Positions 41,741 to 51,323 of a stretch of 64,000 bases of DNA are shown piece after piece. The DNA lies in NCBI GenBank assembly GCA_052148155.1, contig JBKQIY010000019.1:21964-85963 (forward strand), in the 5' to 3' direction. The first letter of the stretch is position 1. Each line of letters opens with the position of its first letter. The notes under the pieces were generated by a model. That model searched no databases, was not told the origin of the DNA, and was given only the letters and a program-made list of their open reading frames with translations. The translations under genes were made by a program, and so were the position numbers. Source of the stretch: Acidimicrobiia bacterium (GTDB taxonomy: Bacteria > Actinomycetota > Acidimicrobiia > IMCC26256 > PALSA-610).

Positions 41741-42346
41741 TCAGGGGCCGGTGACAACGACGCCGACCGGGGTTGGGTCGAATCCGTTGCAGGGATTGTT
41801 GATTTGCGGACAGTTGCTGATGAGCACCAGCACGTCGCGCTCGGCCCGGCATACGACACGTAGGCCAGGTGCCGAGATCCCGTCAACGATTCCCATGGTG
41901 CCGTCGGCTTCGACGGGCACGTTCATAAACCAGTTGATGTTGCTCACGAGGTCGCGTTTTCCGAGGTCCCACTTCGCACCTTCGAACAGGAAGTTCTCGA
42001 CGCACGCGTGTTGATGCTTCGTGTGAAACCCGTAGCGCAGCATGTTCGATTCTTGACTGCAGGCGCCGCCGATCGTGTCGTGTCGGCCGCACGTATCGTC
42101 GACGATCTCGAGCATGGGATTTCCTTCATTCGACCGAAGCACGGATCCGGTCTTGAGGAAGATGTTTCGTTGCGCCGCCATCGTTGTCTGCGCGCAATAC
42201 CGTTCTGCGTGATTCCGCGCGTCGTAGAAAAGGCAATCGACGGCCTGGTTTCCGGCGAGATCGGTAATCGTGATCGTTCCGCCCGCGGGGACGATGCCCG
42301 ACCACGGCGCGCGTGGCGGAACGATGTCGTCGATGAGCCCGGTCAT
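41741..42346 (-). CDS. cgdB: urea carboxylase-associated DUF1989 protein (carboxyguanidine deiminase subunit)
   Basis: GNQAVD, GRHDTIGGAC, HACVENF, NINWFMNVP, SNCPQINNPCN. Confidence 0.9.
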   Translation of the reverse strand: MTGLIDDIVPPRAPWSGIVPAGGTITITDLAGNQAVDCLFYDARNHAERYCAQTTMAAQRNIFLKTGSVLRSNEGNPMLEIVDDTCGRHDTIGGACSQESNMLRYGFHTKHQHACVENFLFEGAKWDLGKRDLVSNINWFMNVPVEADGTMGIVDGISAPGLRVVCRAERDVLVLISNCPQINNPCNGFDPTPVGVVVTGP

Positions 42347-43188
42347 CTGTTCCTCATCCCCGCCGAGTCGTGTCCGAGGTTCCAGTCGTCGGTGTTCGCG
42401 TAGGCCCGCTGCGTCTCTGGTGTGGCATGGCGCAGCGGGTCATGGTGTCCCGTCGGGTCGCCGCGCCACGCGGTGAGGCGCAACGGTGTGCAGTTATATT
42501 GCTCGCGCGTGTCGAGCACGTGAGGAACGTTCGCGACCGACACGATCGCGTTGAGCTCGAATCGAACCTCAACGAATGCGCCGGCGGTGGCCGGAACCGC
42601 GTCGAGGTGAAGGTTGCCGTCTGAATCGACGCGCACGCCCTTGAAGAATGCGAGGGTCGGGGGGAGATCACGCCGACCCAAACCAAATTTTGCGAGGGCC
42701 ACGATGAGGCGATCGCGGGCGCTTGGGTATGGGCCCTCGACCCGCCCGTCGCCGTACTTGGTGTTGTGGTCCGCCTGATTCGGTGCACCGCAGATCGTGT
42801 CGTGCCGGCCAGTGCTGTCCTCGGTGACCGCGGCCAGCACGCGGCCGCGGTCGGACAGCAGAAGTGATCCTCGGCCGAGGTACATCTGCCACTGCACCTT
42901 GGTGGTGTCGGCGAGGTTCAGCCGTTCGCTCGGAAGGTCGGCGTGGTGTAGTGCGACGTGAGCGCAGGCGTCGCCGGCGAGGTCCGTGAAGCGCAGCACG
43001 CTGGCACGCGGCAGTTCGTGGATGGAGTACTTGCCGGCGTCGAGGACCTCGTCCCAGAGCACGTCGTCAGGAGCGACGCCGGTTGGGAGGTTTGGCGCGG
43101 CGGACGCGGGCAACGTCGGCATGCCGAGCACTTTGGTTTCGGCCTGCGAGCGGGCATGGTCGCGAGCGCCGTGGGTCGTTGCCGTCAT
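42343..43188 (-). CDS. cgdA: urea carboxylase-associated DUF1989 protein (carboxyguanidine deiminase subunit)
   Basis: GARDHAR, ERLNLADTTKVQW, SDRGRVL, RHDTICG, NVPHVLD; ATGA overlap with cgdB. Confidence 0.88.
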   Translation of the reverse strand: MTATTHGARDHARSQAETKVLGMPTLPASAAPNLPTGVAPDDVLWDEVLDAGKYSIHELPRASVLRFTDLAGDACAHVALHHADLPSERLNLADTTKVQWQMYLGRGSLLLSDRGRVLAAVTEDSTGRHDTICGAPNQADHNTKYGDGRVEGPYPSARDRLIVALAKFGLGRRDLPPTLAFFKGVRVDSDGNLHLDAVPATAGAFVEVRFELNAIVSVANVPHVLDTREQYNCTPLRLTAWRGDPTGHHDPLRHATPETQRAYANTDDWNLGHDSAGMRNR

Positions 43189-43231
43189 GTGGGGGATTGG
43201 GTCGGGTCGGCCGGATACCATGGTCACCATT

Positions 43232-43250
43232 ATCTATCGATCGATCGAAA
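43232..43250. promoter_or_regulatory. AmtR-like operator
   Basis: ATCTATCGATCGATCGAAA = CTATC-N4-GATcG between divergent cgdA and amtR; near the CTAT-N6-ATAG / CTGTC-N4-GACAG AmtR boxes. Confidence 0.65.
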
Positions 43251-43275
43251 AGTCCAAGTCGGGTCGGTATCCAAG

Positions 43276-43941
43276 GTGAAGGGCCGACCGGGACGGCCGC
43301 GCGCTTCGAACGGCGAGCCGCCGGTCGACACGCGCGAAGCGATACTCGATATCGCGGCGGAGCTCTTCGCCAACAACGGTTACGCGGCGACCGGCACCCG
43401 TGAGATCGCGACGATGGTCGGCCTGCGGCAGGCATCGCTGTTCCATTACTTCGCCCGGAAAGAGGACCTCTTCGCCGAGTTGCTGGATCGGACCGTGTCG
43501 CCGGCTTTGAGTGCGACGGCGTGGCTGATGCATCACCCGGGTCGCCCCGAGATTCGCCTGTACGCGCTGGCGCATCATGACGTCACGAACCTGTGCGGCA
43601 GCCGTCACAATCTTGCGGCACTGCAGCTGCTGCCCGAAGCACGGGACGTTCGCTTCGCGAAGTTTTGGGCGAAGCGTGCGCGGTTGCGGGGTCGATACCG
43701 TTCTTTGATCAGGGACGCCGATCAGGCCGGACGGGTCATCGACCGGCCTCTCGAGATGGCCACCGATCTCGTGTTCGGGGCGGTCGAGGCCACGATGACC
43801 TGGTCGGCGCGATCACGCCGCGCCTCGACTGCGCGCACAGCCGATGCGGTTGCGTCCGCTGCGGTGCGAGGTGTACTAGTCCGGCCCCCCAGCCCCGAGC
43901 GACTGCGGGCGGCGGCGAATCGCCTCAGAAACGAGGCGTGA
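43276..43941 (+). CDS. amtR: TetR family nitrogen repressor, AmtR-like
   Basis: GRPR..., REAILDIAAELF..GYAAT.TREIA..VGLRQASLFHYF..K...LL..TV.P resembles the corynebacterial AmtR N-terminus. Confidence 0.78.
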   Translation: MKGRPGRPRASNGEPPVDTREAILDIAAELFANNGYAATGTREIATMVGLRQASLFHYFARKEDLFAELLDRTVSPALSATAWLMHHPGRPEIRLYALAHHDVTNLCGSRHNLAALQLLPEARDVRFAKFWAKRARLRGRYRSLIRDADQAGRVIDRPLEMATDLVFGAVEATMTWSARSRRASTARTADAVASAAVRGVLVRPPSPERLRAAANRLRNEA

Positions 43942-43944
43942 AAT

Positions 43945-44835
43945 TCAGGCCGGCTTGTCGCCGCGCAAGGTGACCCGCTGGATGACGCGGTGTTCGCCCG
44001 CGAAGTCGCCGACGACGCTGTGCTGGGTCACGCGGTTGTCCCAGAAACCGAGGTCGCCGGTCTGCCAGTGGTAGCGAACGGTGAATTGAGGTTTCACCGA
44101 GTGGTCGTACAGAAAGCGCAAGAGCATGTCGCTCTCGGCCCGGGCCAGTCCTTTGATGTGCGATGTGAAACCTGGATTGACGAACAGGCTCTTGTGCCCC
44201 GTCTCGGGATGGGTGCGGATCACGGGGTGCTCAACGGGTTCCAGCGCCTGGTATTGCTTGCCCTCCCAGTCTCCGCCGCCGTCGTTGCGCTTCGCCAGCA
44301 CCTTGCCGAAGGCCCGACTCCCGTCATGGACCGCGATAAGGCGGTCGAGGAACTGGCGTAGCGTGTCGCTCAGCCCCTCGTATGCGGCGCGCTGATCGGA
44401 GAACATCGTGTCGCCGCCCGCGGCAGGGATCACCACCGCGTTGAGGATCGAGCCGAGGGGTGGGCTCTCGACGAAGGTGACGTCAGTGTGCCACGACAGG
44501 CCGTCGTAGCGGTCGACAACGTCGCCGTAGCTGTCTTTGACCTTCGCCGCCTTCGTATAGTCGATTTCGAAGATTTCGGGGTATCCGTCGATGCCGGGGA
44601 TGACCGGGTGCGCAGGTGTCAAGGTCCCGAAGTAGCGGGCGAACGCCACGTGCTCGGCGGGCCCCAAATGCTGGCCGGGAAAGAAGATGACCTTGTGCTG
44701 CAGCAGCGCGGCCCGGAGTTCGCCAATGACATCGTCGGAGAGCGGTCGCTTGAGATCGACCCCGCGAATCTCGGCTCCGATCGTGGCGGAAAGCCGGGTG
44801 ATCTGCAAATCGACGACGGCAGAGGTGAACGCCAT
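43945..44835 (-). CDS. TauD/TfdA Fe(II)/2-oxoglutarate dioxygenase (sulfonate/alkylsulfate type)
   Basis: HPV, WHTDVTF, GGDT, WDNRVTQH, RVIQR. Confidence 0.92.
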   Translation of the reverse strand: MAFTSAVVDLQITRLSATIGAEIRGVDLKRPLSDDVIGELRAALLQHKVIFFPGQHLGPAEHVAFARYFGTLTPAHPVIPGIDGYPEIFEIDYTKAAKVKDSYGDVVDRYDGLSWHTDVTFVESPPLGSILNAVVIPAAGGDTMFSDQRAAYEGLSDTLRQFLDRLIAVHDGSRAFGKVLAKRNDGGGDWEGKQYQALEPVEHPVIRTHPETGHKSLFVNPGFTSHIKGLARAESDMLLRFLYDHSVKPQFTVRYHWQTGDLGFWDNRVTQHSVVGDFAGEHRVIQRVTLRGDKPA

Positions 44836-44847
44836 AAGGAATCCTTA

Positions 44848-45636
44848 CTATGAATGCGACGCCGGTTCAACGCGTTCGTCATAGCCTGGCAGCGGACAGC
44901 CCGACGCCAGGCACTCCGCCACGTGCTGCGCCGTTCGCTGAACGAGTCGCGTCAACGCTGGTTCGTCGGGCCTGAGACGCGCGGCTGGCCCCTGCACTCC
45001 AATGGCTGCGACGACCCCGCGACCGAGAACGATCACGGGCGCCGCGACGCCGACGACTCCTTCGTACCGCTCCTCGCGGTTCACCGCCCAACCCTGCGCG
45101 CGGGCGACTCGCAACTCGGCGATGAGCTCCGATTGGGACGTGATCGTGCGATTCGTAAAGGCGTCGAGACGCCCGAGATCTGTCACCGCGATCTCAGGCT
45201 CCTGATCTGCGAACGCGAGCAGCGCCTTGCCCATCGCCGAGGCGTGCAACGGAAGGTGGCTGCCCACGCCATGTTCGACACGGAGCCGCTGCGGCGAGGG
45301 CGCCAACAGCAAGACGAGCGCATCGGTGCCGCACCGTACGGCGAGGCTCGAGGACTCTCCTGTCCGCGCGGTCAGCTGTTGGAGTACGGCCTCGGCGCCG
45401 TCGAGGCCCGTGGCCTGTTCCGTGCGGCGCCCGAGCACCATGACCACCCGGCCGAGTCGATACGTGCCGTCGCCGCCCCGATCGAGGAAACCTTCCTGAC
45501 ACAACGTCGCGAGAGCTTGTTCGACGTCGCCACGGTCGAGCCGAGTTTGCCTCGCGATCTCCGCGAGTCGGAGCTCGGCCGGCCCTTCCTCGAAGCACCG
45601 CAGGACAGTGAGCACATGCCGGGATTCTGTGTGCAC
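44848..45636 (-). CDS. IclR family transcriptional regulator
   Basis: HTH; PLHASAMGKALL, FTNRTI, GVAAPV. Confidence 0.9.
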   Translation of the reverse strand: MHTESRHVLTVLRCFEEGPAELRLAEIARQTRLDRGDVEQALATLCQEGFLDRGGDGTYRLGRVVMVLGRRTEQATGLDGAEAVLQQLTARTGESSSLAVRCGTDALVLLLAPSPQRLRVEHGVGSHLPLHASAMGKALLAFADQEPEIAVTDLGRLDAFTNRTITSQSELIAELRVARAQGWAVNREERYEGVVGVAAPVIVLGRGVVAAIGVQGPAARLRPDEPALTRLVQRTAQHVAECLASGCPLPGYDERVEPASHS

Positions 45637-45655
45637 GGCACCCCTTGGACCGAAA

Positions 45656-45684
45656 GTCTTAGTAGACTAAGTCGATTGATATCA
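45656..45684. promoter_or_regulatory. AT-rich palindromic operator candidates upstream of iclR-tauD
   Basis: CTTAGT-AG-ACTAAG (45658-45671) and TGATATCA (45677-45684). Confidence 0.5.
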
Positions 45685-45949
45685 TCGAGGTTAGCTCACC
45701 GCGCGGGCGAGCGGTGCCGTTCGAGCAAACCTCGCACGTACGCCGCATGCAGCAACGCGAACGTGTCCTTCTGAGTAGTCAGGCCGTGGCGGGGCGGACG
45801 CATGTACCTTGCTCCGCACGCCGCGGCAAAGCCAGTATCCGGTCACCGAGAAGCCGCGTTCGTGGCTCCGGTCGCCAACGTCATCGACGAGCCGACGCGC
45901 GCGGCTGAGTTCTCGTCGGCCTGGAACGGTGCCAGATCGAGCGGAAGGA

Positions 45950-46597
45950 TCATGTTTCGTCGCACCCGTTCCCGTCTCCTGGCCGTACTTCAACTGTTGA
46001 GCGCGGGTCCGAGTCGGTCTCAAGGATTGCGGTGCCGAAGAAAGTCTCGTGCATCTCGATCGCGAGCACCGCCCGCTGTGTGGCATTCGTTGAAGTCGCG
46101 CCGTCGGGCAACGTACAAGGGTTCTCATCGATGAACTTTGCGGCCGCTTGGACCGCGTCGCGTTGATCGCGGTCGACCTGGGTGGGAAAGTCGAATCGCC
46201 AGCGCCGCGTTCGCTCACGAATCAGGGTCTTGTCGTCGTCGTCGAGCTCGATCCCGCACGCAGCGTAAATTCGACAGTCGTACGTGCGGCACGTGCGGGG
46301 ACGATGCTCATAGATCGAGCACCGATTGTCGATCAGCATCGGGCAATGCCCGCGCTCGTCGTATCCGAGAAGCACGTGGCCAGGTGGCAGGTACGGCGCC
46401 GCGAATAACAGTTCACCGGGAATGCATGAGAGCGTGTCAGTCTCGTCGGGCGCGATGTGAATGAATTGCGATGACGTGCAGCAGGCGGTGCAGCCGTCAC
46501 ACGGCACGTCGGCGCTTCGATCACCGCGGATTGCTCCTTGTATCTCGACCATCCATGACGAGAAGTCGCCAGCGGCCAGATCGCGGTCTTCGCTCAC
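45950..46597 (-). CDS. YkgJ-family cysteine-cluster protein (CxxCxxCC)
   Basis: CDGCTACC...CPML...CSIYEHRPRTCRTYDC. Confidence 0.85.
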   Translation of the reverse strand: MSEDRDLAAGDFSSWMVEIQGAIRGDRSADVPCDGCTACCTSSQFIHIAPDETDTLSCIPGELLFAAPYLPPGHVLLGYDERGHCPMLIDNRCSIYEHRPRTCRTYDCRIYAACGIELDDDDKTLIRERTRRWRFDFPTQVDRDQRDAVQAAAKFIDENPCTLPDGATSTNATQRAVLAIEMHETFFGTAILETDSDPRSTVEVRPGDGNGCDET

Positions 46598-47604
46598 GCG
46601 GACATCGTGCCACACGACAATTCGCTGGTGTGATCGTTTCATGAGCTATCCACAGCTGGATGAAGCGCCGACCTCGCGAGGGAGCTTCAGCTCCTCGAGC
46701 TCGGGCGACGTCTCTTGCCTCGAGTATGAGGTTGTTGGACTTCGCGATCTCGACGCGAACCGTGCGGCAGACGGCGCTCGCGAGACGGCCTGGCGGCTCA
46801 ACAGTCGGCGGGCGCGGGGTGCTCGAGAACTCACGGGCGTCCATGTGGCCGATCGTTCGCACCATCGGCGCGGCGACCACGCTGTGCCTTCGAGCACGCG
46901 TGCGACGACCCTGGGCTGGATCGGCCCGGAACATCGAGTTGGTATCGCCTCCCCGGTTGCACGGCACGCCGCCGCCATCGCGCGCGGCGCGGGCAACGTC
47001 GCGTTGGGCGTCGAAGGACACCACCGAGTCTCACGAACTGCGCAGCGCGGCGGCCTCGCGTTCGCGACACCGACCGTCGTGTTTCGATCGGCGATCGCCC
47101 TACGCTACGAATCATCGCGTCGTGATCAGGAAGGTTGCTATGGCCGAGTGGGACCTCAGCTGTTACACGTGCGGACCACTCCTGACGAACGGTTCGCGAG
47201 CAATGCGTGGGGAGCCCCGGGCTGGCATCGGTCCGCTGGCGATCATCGAGGGGCTCCGCGCCGATACTTGGAACGGGCTCATCGCGCCGCGCTCGTCGGG
47301 CAGGTGCGCGGGTCGTCGAGTTCGTCGACGACACGGTTCACTCCTGAGACATCCACGCCAGCGAGAGCACCTCCCGCGCGATGCATGAGGACGCCCCAGA
47401 TTCCTTCGTGGCGATCTGTTCTATCGGGTGGCACTCCGCGGACTGCGCGAACGTCGAGGCGTGCTCGCCGTCGCCGGTTCCCATCCAGTCAGCTCCGTGC
47501 CTCCCGAGATGGTCTGCAGCAATGGCGGAACCCCACGGTGAGGCCGGCGCATCCAATCGTGACTGCAATGTCCTTCGGTCCCTGACATCCGTGACGCGGA
47601 GCTG

Positions 47605-48579
47605 ATGACTGTGGACTCGAGGTCGGACACCGCGCCGATCGAGCTCCGACCGATGCTCGCGGTATCCGGCTCGGAACTTCCGCGAGGCGACAACTGGGCG
47701 TTCGAGATGAAGTGGGACGGTGTCCGCGCGTTCGCTGCGGTCGAACAATCCAAGGTGCGACTGCTGAGCCGCAACGGCAACGACGTGACGGTTGCCTACC
47801 CCGAAGTTCATGGGCTTGCAGACCAAGTCGGCGCAATCGGCGCCATGCTTGACGGCGAGATCGTGGCCATCGACGCAGCGGGGCGGGCGAGTTTCCAGCT
47901 CCTGCAAACTCGGATGCATCTCCGCGACCGAGCAGCGATTGACCGGATCGCTCGCACGGTCCCCGTCGCGTACGTGATATTCGACATCCTTTGGCTGGAC
48001 GGGCGCCTCACAACGGACCTCGTCTATCACCAGCGCCGGAAACTCCTCGACGACCTCAAGCTCCGATCATCGGCGTGGCAGACAGCGCCGTACGGCTCGG
48101 ACGGAGACGAAGCGTTCGCGATCAGCCAAGAGCTGGGGTTCGAGGGCGTCGTCGCCAAGCGTCTCGACTCGCGCTACGAGCCCGGCCGCCGCTCGCCATC
48201 CTGGCGCAAGATCAAGCACCAACTCCGTCAGGAGTTCGTCGTCGGCGGCTGGGTCGTCGGTCAGGGAGTGCGCGATCGAAAGATTGGCGCCCTGCTCGTC
48301 GGTTACTTCGACGCCGACGACGAACTGCGGTACGCCGGAAAGGTTGGGACGGGCTTCTCCGAAGCCGAGCTCGAGCGGCTCGGTGACGTGTTGGCCGCGA
48401 TCGAAATTGCAGGCAACCCGTTCGTCGACCGCGACGTCCCTCGCGACGCGCACTTCGTTAGCCCTGTGCTCGTCGCGGAAGTTCGTTTCGCCGAGTGGAC
48501 TCAAGGCGGACGCGTCCGCCAGCCCGCGTACCTCGGACTGCGCGACGACAAGAAACCCGAGGAGATCGTTCGCGAATGA
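47605..48579 (+). CDS. ligD: ATP-dependent DNA ligase (stand-alone LigD ligase domain)
   Basis: EMKWDG, LDGEIV, FDIL, EGVVAKR, WRKIK, GKVGTGF, LRDDK. Confidence 0.92.
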   Translation: MTVDSRSDTAPIELRPMLAVSGSELPRGDNWAFEMKWDGVRAFAAVEQSKVRLLSRNGNDVTVAYPEVHGLADQVGAIGAMLDGEIVAIDAAGRASFQLLQTRMHLRDRAAIDRIARTVPVAYVIFDILWLDGRLTTDLVYHQRRKLLDDLKLRSSAWQTAPYGSDGDEAFAISQELGFEGVVAKRLDSRYEPGRRSPSWRKIKHQLRQEFVVGGWVVGQGVRDRKIGALLVGYFDADDELRYAGKVGTGFSEAELERLGDVLAAIEIAGNPFVDRDVPRDAHFVSPVLVAEVRFAEWTQGGRVRQPAYLGLRDDKKPEEIVRE

Positions 48580-48597
48580 CTCCGGCCGATTTCGTGT

Positions 48598-48849
48598 CTA
48601 CCCGATGCTCCTGCACCGAAGCCGCTCGAGTGCTGCGTCGATCTCGGCGAGCTGTCCGCGTGCTCGTTCGACGATCGAGGAGAGTTGTGCCCGGTCGAGG
48701 ACCAGCTCGGAGCAGCCAAGGTTTTGCGCGTCGTCCAGATCGGACGCGGCGGACGCGTCGACGATCGCGTCGAACACCTCCATCAATTCCGCGACCCGCT
48801 GAGCGGTCCGTTCACGAACGTCGCGGAGTGACACCGCGGGGTCGGCCAT
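48598..48849 (-). pseudogene. truncated DksA/TraR-like protein lacking the C4 zinc finger
   Basis: FDAIVDAS...DD...DRAQLSSIVERARGQLAEIDAALERL coiled coil, then stop. Confidence 0.65.
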
Positions 48850-48858
48850 GATCACGTG

Positions 48859-48885
48859 CTACCCCAGACTCTCCGCCCAGAATCC
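48859..48885 (-). promoter_or_regulatory. SigF/SigB-type promoter
   Basis: GGATT-N16-GGGTAG just upstream of ATG 48849. Confidence 0.6.
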
Positions 48886-49305
48886 GAAAGTCTCGCTCCG
48901 TCTGACGACGACGAGCCCCAAGTGTGCCATGTGCGTTACGGAGGTCGTGTCATCGGCGCGGGAGTTCCGCGGCTTCGCACGGGACACGGTTTGCGATGGA
49001 GCGCAACGATCTCGAAGCCGGTTGACCACCGTCCGTCGAACCTCGTCCCGGTACTCCGACCTCCATCGGGCTGACGAACGGGAGGCGACGCTGGAGCCAT
49101 CGAACGACGCCACGGGCACGATTCCGACCGACCGGCGACATCGCGAGGCTGACCGCGCGACATCCGTCGAGAGCCAATCGCTGCTGCCGACACACACACT
49201 GCGGTGTGTCTGGCCGGACTTGGCTCGCGAACGCCGGATTAACATCGGATGCTGCGACTGCGTTGGCCTGTGTACGGGACGACACGGGAGGAACGTTTGG
49301 GCGGC

Positions 49306-51006
49306 ATGGCGACGGCGGGTGCTCCTCCGACAACGCTGCGAGATTCGCGGTTGGGCGATCGGCCGTTGTCGACGAGCGTGGCCCGCCGCTCGATCAGGGC
49401 CGAGCCGGCATGGCGCTTCCACGTGCTTGCGACCGCGGTGCTGGTCGCGGGTTTCGCTATGACTGTCGTGCTCGCCTTGAGTGCCCGCGCCGTGAACAAC
49501 TCGAACGAGAACCGGCTGCTGCGGGAGCGCATTCAAGAGGCCGACGCTGCGATCACTGCCGCGATCCCGAGCATTGAGACACCTTTGGCATCGGCAGCGG
49601 AGGTTGCCGAAGCGACCAACGCAAGCGGTGCATCTTTCTCGCAGGTGATCGCGCCGCTCGTCGGCCCCGGTCGGGCGTTCGTGTCCGCCGCGATCTGGCC
49701 GGTCAAGAGCACAGGGCTGCCCCAACCTCTGGTGATCATCGGTGGTCGCCCCGAGCTCGAAGCGGCCGGTCCTGTGTTCGTCCGAGGGTTGCTCGCCAGA
49801 GCGGTGCGTGCTCCGCAGCTGACGGTCGTTGGGCTCTTCAACTCCTCGAACCCGCGTCTCGCGTACGCATTCGCGTCCGCACATGGCGCGGTGAGGTACG
49901 TCGCGTACGCAGAGTCGATCCTCGTGAGGAACCAGCGATCGGCTGTCATCCAGAAGAATTCTGCGTTCGCCGATCTCGGCTACGCGCTCTACCTCGGCAC
50001 GTCGGCAAAGCCACAGACATTGTTGGCCACCAACGTTCACCAGCTCCCGATTCGGGGACGACGGACAGGGGTCACTGTTCCTTTTGGCGACAATCAGCTC
50101 CGGCTCATCATGACCCCGATTGGCGAGTTGGGAGGCTCGCTGCTCGCGAGATTGCAGTGGATGTTGCTTGGTTTCGGCCTCCTTCTGTCACTTGGAGCTG
50201 CCGGACTGACCGAGCGCCTGGTGCGTCGCCGTGAGTATGCGCAGCGTCTCGCCGAGGAGCTCGGCGAGATCGCGGACGAGAACGCACGCCTGTATGCAGC
50301 ACAGCGGACGGTGGCACAGACGTTGCAGCACAGCCTGTTGCCCGAGGCCCTCCCCGACATTCCGGGACTGGCCGTCGAAGCGCGCTACATCGCCGGTGTC
50401 GCCGATATCGACATAGGCGGCGACTGGTACGACGTCATCGATTTTGACAATGGCAAGGTTTTGTTCGTCGTGGGTGACGTGTCCGGAAGGGGTCTCCCCG
50501 CGGCGACGGTGATGGCCTCGTTGCGGTACGCCACCAGGGCATACGCGGTCGAACGGAACGACCCGGCGACGATCTTGACCAAGCTGGCAGCTCTGATCAA
50601 TGTGGTCGTCGACGGTCATTTCGCGACAGTATTGTGCGGCGTTATCGACGTTGGCCGACACGAAGTCACGCTCGCGAACGCGGGACATCCCGAGCCGCTT
50701 CTCATCGCGGACGGCAACACAAGGTTCGTGTCCACTAACGTCGGCGTCCCGATAGGCGTGCGAAGTCTGAAGCCCTACGTGCCGGTCCGTATCACGGTCC
50801 CCGCGGCCGCGACGCTGCTCGCGTACACGGACGGTCTCGTTGAACGCCGTGGTGAACATCTAGAGATCGGTCTGCGACGTTTGCGCGACACTGCAGACAA
50901 GCCCCACCTGTCGGTCGACGGATTGCTCACCGATCTTGCCGAGAATCTCCGACCCGACGGACCTTCTGACGACATAGCGATCCTGGCGGTCAAATGGATG
51001 ATGTAG
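49306..51006 (+). CDS. membrane-bound PP2C/SpoIIE (RsbU-like) phosphatase
   Basis: Two TM helices flanking an extracytoplasmic domain; LQHSLLP, GGDWYD, GDVSGRG, YTDGLVE, DDIAIL; start uncertain. Confidence 0.92.
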   Translation: MATAGAPPTTLRDSRLGDRPLSTSVARRSIRAEPAWRFHVLATAVLVAGFAMTVVLALSARAVNNSNENRLLRERIQEADAAITAAIPSIETPLASAAEVAEATNASGASFSQVIAPLVGPGRAFVSAAIWPVKSTGLPQPLVIIGGRPELEAAGPVFVRGLLARAVRAPQLTVVGLFNSSNPRLAYAFASAHGAVRYVAYAESILVRNQRSAVIQKNSAFADLGYALYLGTSAKPQTLLATNVHQLPIRGRRTGVTVPFGDNQLRLIMTPIGELGGSLLARLQWMLLGFGLLLSLGAAGLTERLVRRREYAQRLAEELGEIADENARLYAAQRTVAQTLQHSLLPEALPDIPGLAVEARYIAGVADIDIGGDWYDVIDFDNGKVLFVVGDVSGRGLPAATVMASLRYATRAYAVERNDPATILTKLAALINVVVDGHFATVLCGVIDVGRHEVTLANAGHPEPLLIADGNTRFVSTNVGVPIGVRSLKPYVPVRITVPAAATLLAYTDGLVERRGEHLEIGLRRLRDTADKPHLSVDGLLTDLAENLRPDGPSDDIAILAVKWMM

Positions 51007-51323
51007 AAGGTCCGAGCATCACGATTGGTGCAGCCGACGTCACGATCGATGCCGCGGGCATCGAGGTGATCAAACTGAGTGGCGAGATCGACATGTCGAA
51101 CGTCGACTCGCTGCGAGCTGCGATCGAGCCCGTTCTGGACCGGGCGCCCTCCCGCGTCGACTTCGATCTCAGCGAGCTCGACTTCATGGACAGCAGCGGT
51201 ATTGCCCTGCTGCTGCGCGTCGCGGCCAAGAGCGAGACGGTGCATCTCCGCGGTCCATCGGCGCTGGTACGCCGTATGATCGAGGCCACAGGCCTCTCGG
51301 ACGTATTGCTCATCGAACCATGA
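50994..51323 (+). CDS. STAS anti-sigma factor antagonist (RsbV-like)
   Basis: LSGEID, LDFMDSSGI. Confidence 0.92.
   Translation: MDDVEGPSITIGAADVTIDAAGIEVIKLSGEIDMSNVDSLRAAIEPVLDRAPSRVDFDLSELDFMDSSGIALLLRVAAKSETVHLRGPSALVRRMIEATGLSDVLLIEP

Noticed and set aside
35740-43275. Guanidine riboswitch upstream of uca or cgdA
   Set aside because: No twin ACGR hairpins or guanidine-III-like pattern seen by eye; a covariance-model scan would be decisive
46650-47600. Short Cys-containing ORFs at 47140 and 47381
   Set aside because: The RBS at 47140 is plausible, but the translation degenerates and no family was recognised
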